Assembly: GCF_947568905.1 (NCBI RefSeq)
Contig: NC_079173.1
Coordinates: forward strand, 36,332,001 to 36,396,000
From: Ostrea edulis
Taxonomy: Eukaryota
Length of the DNA: 64,000 bases
Direction: 5' to 3'
Below are positions 11,301 through 24,030 of this stretch, piece after piece. A model generated the notes under the pieces. The model ran no database searches. It was not told the origin of the DNA and saw only the letters and a program-made list of their open reading frames with translations. How positions within the stretch are numbered: position 1 is the stretch's first letter; the number at the start of each line of letters is the position of its first letter. Both the position numbers and the translations under genes were made by a program.

Positions 11301-14300
11301 CCAGCACGCGTTATCACATCTGTATGCACACCCTTATAAAGCTGTAGCCTTAAGATATAATCATTCAATTCTTGATATACCTGATCTAATTATCTTAACA
11401 CTTGACGCAATTCCTTCTCCGCCCTCAGTCAGATAAGATAGCTTGATAGCAAACAGCTGACCCTTGTGATCTCTGGTGTTGATGACATAAAATGTGTTAT
11501 TAACATGTATTGGTATCACATGATACGCCACTTCCGGTACTATGCTATAGGTGACGATGTATCTCAATAATTGCTTTTCCCCGCGATAGGGATTCCAGGT
11601 AACGTTGATGAAATCATGATCGCTCTGTACGTGAATATCATCTATAAACGAGGGTGGGGAATCTGCAAAATGATCAAATAAATGTCATAATTATGAAATT
11701 CTTATATACTGTATTCATTGACAATGTGTTTTCCTATCAGAGATTGCTGATGGTTTTTTCTTTAAACACTTGAAAGTACATTTAAGACAAATTTAATACA
11801 CCGGTAAATTGAATATTTCATAATTTTGAAAAAGGAATATGCACCAAAAGCTGTTGTTCAAGAACTTCTGAATTAACTCTTGCAATAAATAAATTCTATT
11901 CACCACAACCTTGCATTGCACTGTAAAGGACGGGGAACAGTGCGCTTTGTCTACATGGTACGTGTTTCTATACTTACCTATTGCCTTGACGGACACATTG
12001 AAACCCCGCCCACCTAATGCATTAGTGGTATTCAAAATGATGAATGTGCTGTTGCTCTGTATCAGATAGTCTGTCCTTTCTGAAGAACCGGAACAATGTT
12101 TTACAGTTTTTCCAATCTGTAGACACGTTGTTTGACAGTCGTCTTGATTATAGCATAAATCAAGATCCCGGATGGAAACTTTCAAATAGTTATCCTCCTC
12201 TGTACTGATGCTCCATTGACAAATAGAAAAAGGTTGTAAATGGAATGGGTAACCATCCGACACTATGGTTATCTCCATTTCTCCTTTGATAAAAAATTCA
12301 TTATAGCATTCTGAAAAACAAAAGTCGCACATCAAATTTTACATGGTTTTTATCTCTTCAAGGAATAACACATTTTTTGTATAAATTTTATATATCATTA
12401 AAGCTGTGTGACCCGATGTTCATGTATTATGTTTGTACAAAATTACTTTAAAGCAGATTAATTACTTTATAAAGTTATTAACTTTCCCTTAATTACATGC
12501 TTGAAAACATCTGCATGTAAAAGAAAACAGTGAGAATATTATTTAGAAAGTAAATATAGTGTGGTACATATATAAATCATACAGTGTTAGACGTCTATAA
12601 ATAGACCCACGCGCGTCAGGGGAATCCTAACATGATGTATTAACTCATACGCAACTGTCTTGTTTCAAGGCTGAACGAGCGTAAAACAACGAATTGCTAA
12701 GAGGTATTAGATATTTTTATTTCTATTAAACTTATGTAACAAAATACACAGCTTTACACAGATAAGACCACCGATGATCTGAAAGTTTGAACTGGTCACG
12801 TGACTATCACTTGAAATGGCAGAGTGACGCGGTTATTTGTAAACATCGATTCAAAATCAAATAATTTGGGTTAAAACAGGTGAAATAATGTATGACATGT
12901 CACACAGCCTCATAACTACATACGTGCGATGATTGAATAGCGTTTTTACGAGATGGAAAAAAATGTTGTAATTCGGACCATACAGCTTTAAAGAATTAAA
13001 GAAACGATTGGATTGTTCGTCTCTTCCCAAAACGCATTTACCTTTAAAGTTGATTTTTTTAAAAATATTCTGTGATCCTTTTAATACCTACAATTTTTAC
13101 GCGAAGTTGATGTTTACAAAACACATCCAGAGAATGTTTCTGTTTATTCGTTATCAGTGAATGTATTGCTAGTATCAGTAGTGTAATAGGTCTAGTATTT
13201 ATCACCCATGAAATGTATCCCGTATTTGTAGGAACATCTGCTTGTGTATAGTAAAAAATAACGAATACAGAATCAACCGATAGTTGATACATTGTAAGTT
13301 CAGGAGCCAGTAATCATTTAGCCCTCCGATTTAACGCATTTATAAAGCAATGAAAATAAAACAAGGTATGCGCTATGACATTAAATGTTTACATTTGTTT
13401 ATAGATAATCCCAACGTACTAACAAGGGACGTGGGAAATATCACTGAAGTCCGTATACAGTTTGTTTTTGGTCAAATCATTATCAATTGATGTACTGGTA
13501 TGTAATTACGCTACCACTCACCTGATGTTAAGTTAACATAATCCAACCTTTCACTTTCCCAAAAAGATGTTTGTGCGAACATTGAAATCTGGTAGATCTG
13601 ACCTCTGTGAGAACTGGTATCCAATATGTATGAACCATCCCTGCAGTCGCTGGGTACCTTACTGTACACCATGGACGGATGAACGCCATATTCAATCACA
13701 CAACTAAGATCATCATAGTAAGTTCCGTTCCAGACCCAGTCAATGTGGATGGAATCATTGAATGCTGTAGCGGATAGGTTAGCGGGTGGTAATAACTGGG
13801 GTATAACTAGAAGAAAGAAAAGTGAATTAAAAATAAAAGTAGAATACACTAAATTAAATGAAATATATTTCTTACAAAAATGAATTAAAATCAATTTTAG
13901 ACGCAAAAGACTCTGAAAAATATGCATTTAACCCGCAAAGGCCAACAAGAGGAGATGTAAAATTAGAATTCAATTTCTATATGGGTAAAAGTAGATCTGT
14001 ATATAATAATACAACAGTAAGAACTCATAAAAATGAAAAATGTCAATTACAGAGTCATGTACAAATGATCGCATCTCTTTTAATATTATCAAGCATCATG
14101 GTGACGATATGTAAAATACAAGTACCTTCTACGTATATATAAGACGGCGGACCTGATTTTATGGAGGAAAATCTTATATCCAGGGAATCGCTGGGTACTA
14201 CTAAAGTATTGTTTTTCTCTGTCTGTGAGCACAATTTATCCTTAAAATCGCTTTTGAATGACATCAAACATCCAAAGCCACGCCCCTCAGTATAAATCTT

Positions 14301-15534
14301 GAACCATGTGTTATTGCTCACTTTGGTAACGTTCCAAGAACATCGTATGCCTGCGTGATATGCCAGAGGAAATTCTGGCGATTCTATCTTATAATTTTGA
14401 TTCAGATTGAGGTTTACTTGTTTCCTGCAAACTGAAAAGATCACATGAACGACAAAAATTGTAAACCTGTCATGTACTGATTCAATGACAATTTCATGTA
14501 TTATTGACCATAAAAAAGATAATAAATCGGGAATAGTCAGAATCTCCGTACCTGCATGGATGTATCTGGTAGTGAGGAGCGATCTGTTCTGTAGTAGCTT
14601 TATGACGTAGAATCCAGGGTGTGCGACAGTACTGATGTTCAGATTGGTCTCGTTTTGGCCAAGAATATACGCTGATTTGTATCCCGTCCCCACAATCTGG
14701 CAAGATTAGAAACTTTCGAGTAGAATGAAAGTCTTGTGCAGACAAAAATATCCACCTCCATTTCATCTGGTCAAATATTCTAATACACGTGCTTCATGCA
14801 CAATAAGTACAATGCTATATATTATTGATATTAAACTATTTCATCATTAGATATCCTTTCTTAAAAACAATAAGTTCAAAAGCAAATAAGATTATTCCAT
14901 CATACACCGTGTTTAACTCAAGTTTTGCTCTCTACCACTTTCAAAATTACTATTTCCTACCTCAGAATTGTTTGGTCCATTACTATTTTTTAAGAACATA
15001 GAAAACATTTGGAATTTCATAAAGACAAACCGGAACGTGTAGATGAAACATTATGTGCAACGATTTTTCCAAAGGTCCGATAAATTTACTTAATCCAGTA
15101 CAGTGAGTATAGAACCATTTTGAAAACAAAACGAGAACGTTATAAAATTCAGTCTTATAATTAGAGTTTTATTTTATTTTCTTACCTGACTTTCAAGTGT
15201 TAAATTTGTGAGATGAGGTCCCAGTTTCACCGCAATATATCCTGGGTAACTTCTCGTGAGCATATCTGGAGATGACAGTATTTATTTTGAACTCATTCCT
15301 TAGTTCATAAATTCATACAATCTAGCTTCTGTATTGAAAATAAAATTTTGAATCTTATATTGGGTATTTCAATCATACATATCTGTCAATGATTTTACGA
15401 TGGGGCACCGACGTATATGCTATTTATAAAGAAATCAAAATACTACATAACCAATGCTTGCTTTTACCTGTTCTTTGTGTGACACCACATGAAGTTGTAC
15501 AGCACGATGAAAAGAAAATTAATAACAAGAACAT
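5587..15534 (-). CDS. Secreted or GPI-anchored protein with alternating CUB and fibronectin type III domains (4 CUB, 3 clear FN3 plus an FN3-like N-terminus), about 828 aa (about 842 aa with readthrough)
   Basis: Phase-consistent GT-AG exons in minus-strand order: 15468-15534 (signal MFLLLIFFSSCC), 15186-15265, 14552-14696, 14126-14431 (CUB), 13522-13806 (FN3), 11978-12310 (CUB), 11381-11662 (FN3), 10112-10242 + 8631-8826 (split CUB: ...CKWNI..WYK|FQFTKIDME..CQKDYVEF..FCG..GF), 7550-7834 (FN3), 7001-7315 (CUB), 5629-5690 (to TGA; extension to 5587). Exons 2-3 and the terminal exon are the least certain. Confidence 0.8.
6410..6900. repeat. MITE-like element carrying a 27-bp tandem array (about 6440-6745)
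   Basis: Roughly 11 units of GTCAATATCGCGAAATACCTCGTATAC, bounded by TACTGCAGAATTT... and ...TTTACAGGGTA. A related element without the array sits at about 53135-53345. It lies in the last intron of the CUB/FN3 model. Confidence 0.7.
8262..8550 (-). mobile_element. tRNA-SINE of Meta/Deu-domain type (family B1), 5'-truncated at the B box
   Basis: Nearly the same sequence as the full copy at 34542-34877; (TTGA)n tail on the + strand; B box GGTTCGAATCC on the minus strand. Confidence 0.8.
10715..10975 (+). mobile_element. Old diverged tRNA-SINE (a similar fragment is at about 45180-45300)
   Basis: Degenerate B box, followed by GTAGGTAATGACTTTCCATC...AAGTGAACATCATGGGT resembling the B1 SINE head. 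Confidence 0.5.
12402..12987. mobile_element. TTAA-flanked MITE (Kolobok-like)
   Basis: TTAA on both sides; 15-bp imperfect TIR AGCTGTGTGACCCGA / TCGGACCATACAGCT. The superfamily is inferred from the TTAA target site and AG termini. Confidence 0.7.
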
Positions 15535-15929
15535 GTTGAGTAATTAAAACAATATACCAATAAACATTTAAGCACTAATGTTCGTCCTCTGTTGTCTTTT
15601 ATTAACCTATAGTTTATCAACAGACACATCTCTCGACTAACGCGCACCTGCTTCCACCACAAAAGATAATTGATAACAATTATCTCCTTAACCACTACCT
15701 TTGGAGGTAACGAACCAAATTCAATTACTTTAAATAATGAAAAAGTGAAAATAAGGGATATTGATCAATCTTAAAATTGCTATAAAGATAAAATAAATTA
15801 AGAGAAGGACAAATGTGGATCCCTTGACATAGAAGAGGTGGTGTCGGGTGCCTAGGAGGAGTCAGAACCAACCATTATTAACTGGTCATACCCGCCATGA
15901 GCTCTATTTCTTGATACAATCTGTCATTA

Positions 15930-16180
15930 GGTCAAATGCTTTTTAACGTCTTTCATACATTTGTTAGGCCGTTTTTTACATACAGACTACGGATTACTCC
16001 GTTTACCAGATCAAAATATAGTGTTCACGGCGGGTGTGCCTGGTCAACAACAGGGGATGCTGGTCAACAACAGGGGATGCTTCATTCTCCTAGGCACCTG
16101 ACCCATCTCTGGTGTTTCCCTACTCTTAATTTTGTACTCTTTATAGGATTTATGACATGGATCACTGTTCGTTATCTTCA
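15930..16180 (+). mobile_element. 3' fragment of the Naiad-type Penelope-like element
   Basis: Matches the RT C-terminus and 3' UTR of the 48476-50100 copy; contains a local 20-bp duplication GGTCAACAACAGGGGATGCT. Confidence 0.75.
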
Positions 16181-18044
16181 ATTTTTTATTCACTTGTATG
16201 AGCATACACGAGTCACAATATTTCCTAACGATATTGGTTTTTAAAAATTGTACTATCAAAACCTTACATTCTGAATACAAGATTATATGCGAGCTTTAAT
16301 GGCTATTCTTCGTTGTAATCGTAAATCATGTATATACATTTTTAACTTGTAGCTATAGGCATTCAAACATTTTAAAAGTGAAGGAAACAAAGTCGGGCAG
16401 ACATTGATTAAAATAGAATTGAAACCCACACCAATACCTGTGTTGTAATATGCAGAATTATATGCATGTTATCGTAGGCGTTAAATTGACTGTCACAAAT
16501 TTTCTTGATGCTGCAATCATATGAATGAAACATAATAAAACTCCATGATCAAAAACATATTACTAGAAAGAAGAAAATAAACGTATGAATATAGTAAGAT
16601 ATGTGTGAAACATCTGACATCCCCGTTTGTGTTTTATAGACGAATGACAGTAATTGTCAATAAAGGAAGCCTAATAATTATGAACAAAAGATATATGGAA
16701 GTGTCCCCACCGTGAAATGGGGGATAATGGCCAATGACAGTTCCAATAAATAGCCTGGTTCTCCATTCATTCCACGAAGAATTGTGACTACATCGAGAGC
16801 CAGGTAAGTCAGACTTGTACATCTATTTGCTTTCGCTTTGTAGTTAGGCCACATCAATAAAATTTCTTTTTGATTGGATAATTGACAGAAGAAAATTAGC
16901 GCGACGTTAATGATTTTCTCCCAACAATTTCGTCAGGTGAGGCACAAATCATTGGAGCGAGTAATTTACATTTTGTTTCGTTTTTAAAATAAAAAAAAAA
17001 AGATTTTAAATACATATTGAGCAACTGCTAAATATTCTGCATATATCATTGAATCCTATTCTTTTGATTTTTTTTAACAAATGTCTAATCAGGTGGTCCC
17101 TTTTCTGGGGTCTGCCACAGCAGCACTAAGTCGATCTTTATGCACTGCACTATTAGTTTCTTCACAAAACACCTGGCGGCCGTTTCACTAACCGATCGTA
17201 GATCGTAAACGTACGATTACGTTTAAGATCATTTGACTCGCACGTATACGAGCGTTTCACGAAACCTATCGTAGTCGTAACACTTACGATTGCGATTTAC
17301 GTCTGACTTTTTAGAACTCTTTTCTCTATGGAGGTAGATTTAAAATTAATCCTACCATGGACAGAAATATTCATTAATTATTTCCTCATGGTTTTAAATA
17401 TATCCTTATCGTCTGCAGTACCCCATGCAAGTTGACAACAAAAATAATGGAAATTTTGAGCCCTATCTCTAGTGTAACAAAGAAAATTCCTAGAATGTTT
17501 AAACAATTGATAGAATAATTTTTATTGACTTTCATGTAACTAAAATGGGGGGAGGGGTGATATAAGAAATAACATAAAAGATTTACATTTTAGAATTTTG
17601 AATGTCATGTATCGATCATGATTTGTGGGCCAAATTTCCATCAATAAGTAAACTATGTTCAACGGATTAAAAAAAAAAATAAGAAAATGAAATTATATTG
17701 ATAAAAGGAAATAATAAAATGAAAATAAAATTGCACACAAGTAAAGGAAATTTTATCCTGCATCAAACCATGGATATGTACTCCGGCGTTTAATCATTGT
17801 TGTAAAATAAGCTGCAACACTAATGAATATCTATTCACTTATTTGTATTAATTTCAAACAAATCATGGGCTCAATTTGTCCCTAAAATGACTTGAAATTT
17901 ATTTTCCCCATGCGTTTTTCTTTTATATATATTTTTCCGTTTAGGCATGTAAGCATATGCTAACTTTCGTCTTTACGTGATGACGTATAATCCAAATCAT
18001 TTATTAAAAATTATTATTGATATTGCACTTTATGATGATTGATT

Positions 18045-18300
18045 TTTATATTGTTTAACTTCCCTCTCGTAAATTTTCACTAATATGGAGACATCACCAT
18101 TGCCGGTGAAGGGCTGCAAAATTTAGGCCTATACTCGGCGCTTAAGGCCATTGAGCAGGGATGGATCTTTATCGTGCCACACCTGCTGTGACACGGGACC
18201 TCAGTGTTTGCAGTTCATCCGAAGGACCGCCCCATTTAGTCGCCTCCTACGACAAGCAAGAGGTACTGAGGACCTATTCTAACCCGGATCCCCACGGGTG
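18045..18300 (-). mobile_element. Family B2 SINE-like element nested in the TIR transposon
   Basis: Reverse complement of the 4553-4796 element, starting at the same CCCGTGGGGATCCGGGTT head. Confidence 0.8.
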
Positions 18301-18864
18301 TGCACTTTATAAAAAGAGGTCGGAACCCCAAGGGTTCGATAATGACCCTTCCCTTGTATGTGTATACATATAGGTCTAGTTTGTATGTTTAATTTCTAAC
18401 GACCTTCATAAAACTACAGAAACGATCCACTTGCAAAATTGGGATTTTAACCCCTCTCCCATCACCAAGTCATTTTATTATCATATTTTCCTTAAAATGT
18501 GTATGTATTATGCAGTTAGTCAGTTGCATCAAAGGTATTGATCTGACAAGAAAAAAAAAAAAGCTGAGTACGTCGAATCGCAACGTCTCGGATCATTAAA
18601 TCTACTGTTACTAAAGAAACTTAATTTCTGAACATGAGAATATTAATGTCTTGTATCCTGCCTAATGTTAAATATACAGTCATGTAATCTAACGGTGATG
18701 CAGGCATATGTAGCTATACCCCCCCCCCCCCTCTCCTATTACTTTTCTAACAACTGTTCTCGATACTATTACATGCAAAGTTTGATATATTGACCCCCCC
18801 CCCCCTCACTTTTTAAAATATGAATTCTTGCATTGCCTTTACATTTATTTCAGCAGACTGGTCA

Positions 18865-18963
18865 CAGGGGCTAGGCCCGTTTTGGACCCGAACTCTGTGT
18901 TACAATGAATTTACTATATTTTAAGTATCACAGAGCCCGGGCCCAAAACGGATTTGACCCCTG
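18865..18963. repeat. About 100-bp hairpin mini-MITE with CAGGGG termini
   Basis: CAGGGGCTAGGCCCGTTTTGGACCCGAACTCTGTGTTAC pairs imperfectly with GTATCACAGAGCCCGGGCCCAAAACGGATTTGACCCCTG. Confidence 0.65.
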
Positions 18964-19339
18964 CGAGACTGACATTTCTGTGGTTGTGCGTAACAAAGAA
19001 GGACAACTCTAATTGATTTAAGATTCGGGCTCGGACTGTTCAATATTTTTGTGCAAAAGCAGACTGCAAGTCATTGTGATTGTTTTCTTCCTACAAAGCA
19101 TAAACAAACTCGATCAGGTAAATACTACCACAAAATGATCTCAGACGGGGCCAGCATGGCGGCCATATTGCTCATTTACGTGCATGTAGGAGCACTTACG
19201 ATAACCCTAGACCACTCGTAGGGTTACGATCAATACTGATCGTAAATCTTTTAGTGAAACGGTCGTACGTGCTACGTTCACATTTAAATCTACGTTTACG
19301 ATCTACGATCGGTTAGTGAAACGGCCGCCAGATCAGCTA

Positions 19340-20960
19340 AAGAGAGAAAAACATGGGAAAATGACATCTTAGAAAACTGAAAGAGATTTTAAAGGAATTT
19401 GAAAAGCTGTGAGAGGACGGGGTGATTGTATAATCTGTACTTGCCAATACCTTTTTGACATATCTAACCAAGATAACTTGTGATCTGACGATTTCGCAAA
19501 TACTCGTAGCTCTGTGTCCAACACGGTGATGCTATTAAGATTCCTAAAATCAACACAAAATCTAAATGTGTTGTTCGTTTTAGCAACCGAGACTATTGGT
19601 GAGGAATATAAACTGTCTGACATCTTTATAACACACATTTCTAACATTTTATTTACCACTTCAACGGTTTCTACCATTGGAAATGGGATATATCTTGGAC
19701 GTACTCGTACAGGATTGTCTCGTGTTGAATCATGAGTATGTCCTGGCTACTCAGTGAAAATATCACCTGAAGCTCCTCAAAAGTCCTTTCATGATTTATA
19801 TTTCTACATCATCAAGATCGTGGTCCACATCTACATCCTTGTAACTCTGCTGCTTACATGTGCCTCACCATATCCTTCCTGGGAATCATTAGATTCTGAA
19901 TTGTCAATTTGTTCTGAGATTAAAATAGACAAGACAAATTTTACCCCTGTCTCCACACGATCTACATTCTTCTGAAACAAATTTTCATGATAAGCCTGTG
20001 CAATTCCGTTAACATCCAACATGAATATTTACCACTTTTTCCCTTAATTTTGTATGGACCCTTCCATTGTATAAGCTCATTACTTTCTGTTGGAAAAAAA
20101 TACTAATGCCCTCTCACCTGGCTTCATATTGAGAACTCTAGCTTTCTTACCAAAATCTGTCTTGTCTGTGCTTGACGCTTTTTCAAGAAGATTCTGATGT
20201 ACTCATAGATTGACTCCCGTCAGTGGTTGAGATCAAACACGGACTGCTATGTAAATTAAACCTCCTGATCCTTTATATCGTGTGTTCAAAGTTCTTTCAG
20301 GATTCCCATGTGTTCTCGAAAGACAGAAAACCCCAAACTTTCCAGTGGCATCACACGTTAGGAAAAATGATGGAGGGTGAATTCTTGACCCAATCTTCCC
20401 GTCATTCCGTAACGTTCTTTTGAACATTTGCTTTAATGTAATATTAAGGCGTTCAACTAGGCCGTTGCACACTAGATGGAAGGGTGTAGTTACGTTATCG
20501 AAATGAATCTACTAACGTCCATCATTAGATTTGATATGGATTGGCTACCTTACCAGGGAATATCTCCTGCGGGATGTCAATACGGGAGAACATTTGGAGT
20601 AAGACCTTGGTTCCACTCTCCGTCTAAATACATGACAATGAAATCGCCTCTTGATATCTCATGGCATAAAGTTGTTAATGTGAAAAAATGACCTTTGCCT
20701 GTTAGAGGATGTAATGGGCGACTGTAATATCTACAGCTACCCTCTTGAATGGCTGATTTATCAATGACATCTTGTCTACAGGGACTTTGCTAACTTTATC
20801 TTTTTATACTCTTCTCCGGCACACATCATAGGAGTGAGCAAATCGTCTTATATCTGAATTAATACATTGCCAGACAAATTCTGGTTGTTTCCCTGCTATC
20901 AGCCAGATGTCCAGAAATGAATCTCGCAACAAGGACAATGATAGGCCATCAACGAGAGTG
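19340..20960 (-). mobile_element. Degenerate Ty3/Gypsy LTR retrotransposon pol fragment with INT-before-RT order (Gmr1-like)
   Basis: In minus-strand order: integrase Zn-finger relic (FVWQCINSDIRRFAHSYDVCR, about 20880), core PFKRVAVDI (about 20740), CNGLVERLNITLKQM (about 20470), AYHENLFQK (about 20000), then RT YSSPIV...FRFCVDFRNLN...LDMSKRYWQV (19677-19369). Many stops and frameshifts; LTRs not identified. Confidence 0.85.
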
Positions 20961-21233
20961 GCATGGACTTCTGAGTAGTGTTCATGTTGATGTTAAATTA
21001 GTTACCTTAACACTTACCCGAGGATACAACGGCGAATTTTGACAGACGACTAGTATGGTGCAGTGTTTTGAAGTGTATCCAGCCGTATCTCCGAAACTAC
21101 TGCACTTGACGTCTTACCTAAATCACTGAAAGTATTGCTATAATAATACCTTATAGCTTAGCACTACCACCAACAGAGTTAGCCTTGATTATTGCACGTA
21201 CACGTCTGTTAATTCTAAATACAGTAAACCTAC

Positions 21234-21800
21234 CGCGATGTGTATCGATTATTTCATTGATGTTTCTCTGTGTGCATTTTCTGCTTTTCACGAAATTAAT
21301 CTGCAAATTTATTGAAGTAATATTATGCAAAAAGGGCATCTTGTCTCTCTCACCTCTATAAAAGAATTTGTAGACATGTTCAGTTGCTGCAATGACGCAC
21401 ATTTTTCAAACAGTTCGTGCAACGTTCTACCAATGAAATTCACAGCTGTGTAATTCATTCATGTTGATGTATGTACTAAATGTTGCAAAAATGGTACACG
21501 CACATTATCGATAAGTCGGAACTTTAAACGCCTTGCATCCCTGCATTTGCTTACATATACGTTTGATAAAATAGGAGATAATGGCTTCAATTAATGGTGC
21601 ATTCTTGATATTTTCATGTTATTCCTGGATTTGAATGTACATGTTGGTATATCCCTTTTAGGTTTCCATGTTTGCAGAATGACACCCTGCATTGCCGTTA
21701 CCTTGATACTATGCATGTTCTTGTCCAACACAATCCAGCTTCCATTAGACATTGAAGCAAGATCCAGTACACATAAAAGGTACAACTACAAATAAAATGT
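21234..21800 (-). pseudogene. Possible degenerate LRR-protein gene fragment
   Basis: Putative exons 21354-21445 and 21234-21300 join in frame as ...LQQLNMSTNSFIE|INF (LxxLxLSxNxI pattern). The upstream segment has a broken C..L..IP LRRNT-like pattern. The intron is only 53 bp. Confidence 0.25.
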
Positions 21801-23154
21801 AGTGATAAGCAAATACATATTTTGTGTCAATTTGTCTTACATTGTATTTCATTGTATAAGATGCAGTAGCATTGCTCGACACTAAGGGCTTTTCGACATT
21901 CGGCAAAATTGTCGGGATTTGCGAGTTTACAATATGATTAGTATGTCCTTTCGACTGTGTTAGGCAATAGTCCCTGGTATCTATTTACCCTGGCTCCGAC
22001 CATCTCTGATGATCACCGACTGCCCATGCAATTTTTTTTACTCATATGTGTTGCGGTGTGCACACATTTCCTTGCTCCGTGACGCATTTGGTCTCAGTAT
22101 ATTCATTTTAATCCTCAGCTCTCCCCCCATCATCAGCTTTACTTGTATCTCATTAGTAGTTCTAACTGTACATTACAGTACACTAACATAGATATTTCCC
22201 AGTTTCTTCTTTACACTTCCAGAATCGTTCTTGCGCTATTTCAAAAATCGTTTGAAGATCCGAACAAACCGTTAAGCAAGTCCATTACTTAATGGATTGT
22301 ATGGAATAGTCTTTATTTCCTTCATCCCTTTAGAATTAAGGAATTCCCCATACATTCAAGATATGAATTATGAGCCATTATTAGTCTCATTATCGTAACA
22401 GCAAATCTATTGCGTGAGGTATTGTTCTTTACACTTAAATAGTTTTCACTGATGTTGAGGTCACCATGAAAAGGTGGAGATAACAAACAACTCCTACAAA
22501 GAATACAAAATTATAAGTAAAGCTAACACGGACCCCTGGGCATATGCGAAATAGGGTGTACATTAAGCGGGAAGGCTTTTGGTGTCATTTAGAGCAATTT
22601 CAATTTGAGGAACTGGGGAGATATCTATCTTTAACAAAAACAAATGATGTTTCCATTTTACAAGTGATCGACAAAGTATTCAATCTTAGAAGAAATATAT
22701 CAATACGTTTGTTAAGCGTGAAGACCAGCTATGCTGAACCTTTGTCGGACATTTACCATTTTGCAGACAGAACCGACAAATTCCACAATCTTTGATTATG
22801 TAATGTTAATAATCAGCTTCATTATGAGGATAATATATTCAGACATTAAAATATGTTCACAGCATTATTTCTTTTGTTCAGCAGGATAGTCCGAAACATT
22901 TTGGGCGAGTTGGAGATGATGAATGCCCTCGCTGAACGAAAGGACTCAGTAGGATATGGATTGAATATATCTCAATAGTAAGTTTCCACAGATTGTCACT
23001 AAAGTGGGTAGTTAATATATAATTGCCATTGAGTGTAATTAATTGCAAAATTTTCAAGTAAATGGAAGTACATGATTAATTCGATTTATTATATTGCAAA
23101 ATCATATTGATGTAATTGCAATTTCATTTGAATTTTTCTAAACCATATTTATAT

Positions 23155-24030
23155 CTTCTTTGAAAAAAGAAGGGTCATGTTGTTTTGTGCATGTCGGTCA
23201 GTCTGTCAGTATGTAGAAGATGTCTTGTCCGCTCAATATCAAAAGAATTCTTTACGTTAAAGTTACCAAACCTGACACAATGGTTGCCCTTAGACAGTAG
23301 AGGTTCCCAATCAATCTACAGGTCACAAGGAAAATTTAAAAGGTCAATCTGGACATAGTAATATATTAGGGACCCTACATATTGAGAACTATTTGCTTGA
23401 CAGAAATACAACTTGTACACTGGCTTCTAAGAGGTAGATGTTGATTTTGAGGTCACAAAGTCAAAGGTCAAACTGAACACAGTAAGTTATTTCCTGCTCA
23501 ATTTCTTGAGAACCCCTTGCTTTACAGACATTCAACTTAAATTAGTTCACTGGTTCTACATAGAGAGTAGATATCCTCTATTACGTTTGAGGTCACAAGG
23601 TCAAACGTCTCTGGAAATAAGATATTGTCCGCCCAATATCTAAAGACCTATTTGCTTGACATTTATCAAACTTGGTAGAGTATTTACCTGTGGAGGATAA
23701 ATGACACTTATTGCGTTTCGGGTCACAAGGTTAATGGTAAAACTGGACATAAAGATATTGTCCACTCAAACATCTTGAGAACCGTCTCCTTGATAGACTT
23801 TAAACTTGGTACTCTGAGGTGTCCCCTTAAAGAGTAGACAGCCCCCATCGGTTTTTGGATCAAAGGTCAAGACTTGAATAACTGGCAATGTGGATATGTG
23901 TGTTTGGTATCTTGACATCACACTAATTATGGTTACCCCTGACTAGTGGATAACCCACTCATTTTACTATCAATGCAGATATTCTAAATGATATATTGAC
24001 CCTTCTAATATGCCATACGGAGGTATATTG
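23155..24030 (+). repeat. Pearl/Helentron-like element with internal tandem core repeats
   Basis: GTCG/GTCT microsatellite near the 5' end and 4-5 diverged core units, each containing GTCACAAGGTCAAAGGTCAA-like and AGATATTGTCCGCTCAATATC-like motifs. Confidence 0.6.

Larger units (their letters stand above)
17173..19331. mobile_element. Non-autonomous DNA transposon (about 2.15 kb) with about 40-bp terminal inverted repeats and nested insertions
   Basis: CTGGCGGCCGTTTCACTAACCGATCGTAGATCGTAAACGTA at 17173 and its reverse complement ending at 19331; subterminal TACGAT/ATCGTA repeats; no transposase ORF; no convincing TSD found. Confidence 0.85.

Noticed and set aside
16625-16810. Exon-like segment ending in a strong GTAAGT donor
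   Set aside because: All three plus-strand frames contain stops, and the minus-strand ORF has no recognisable motif.
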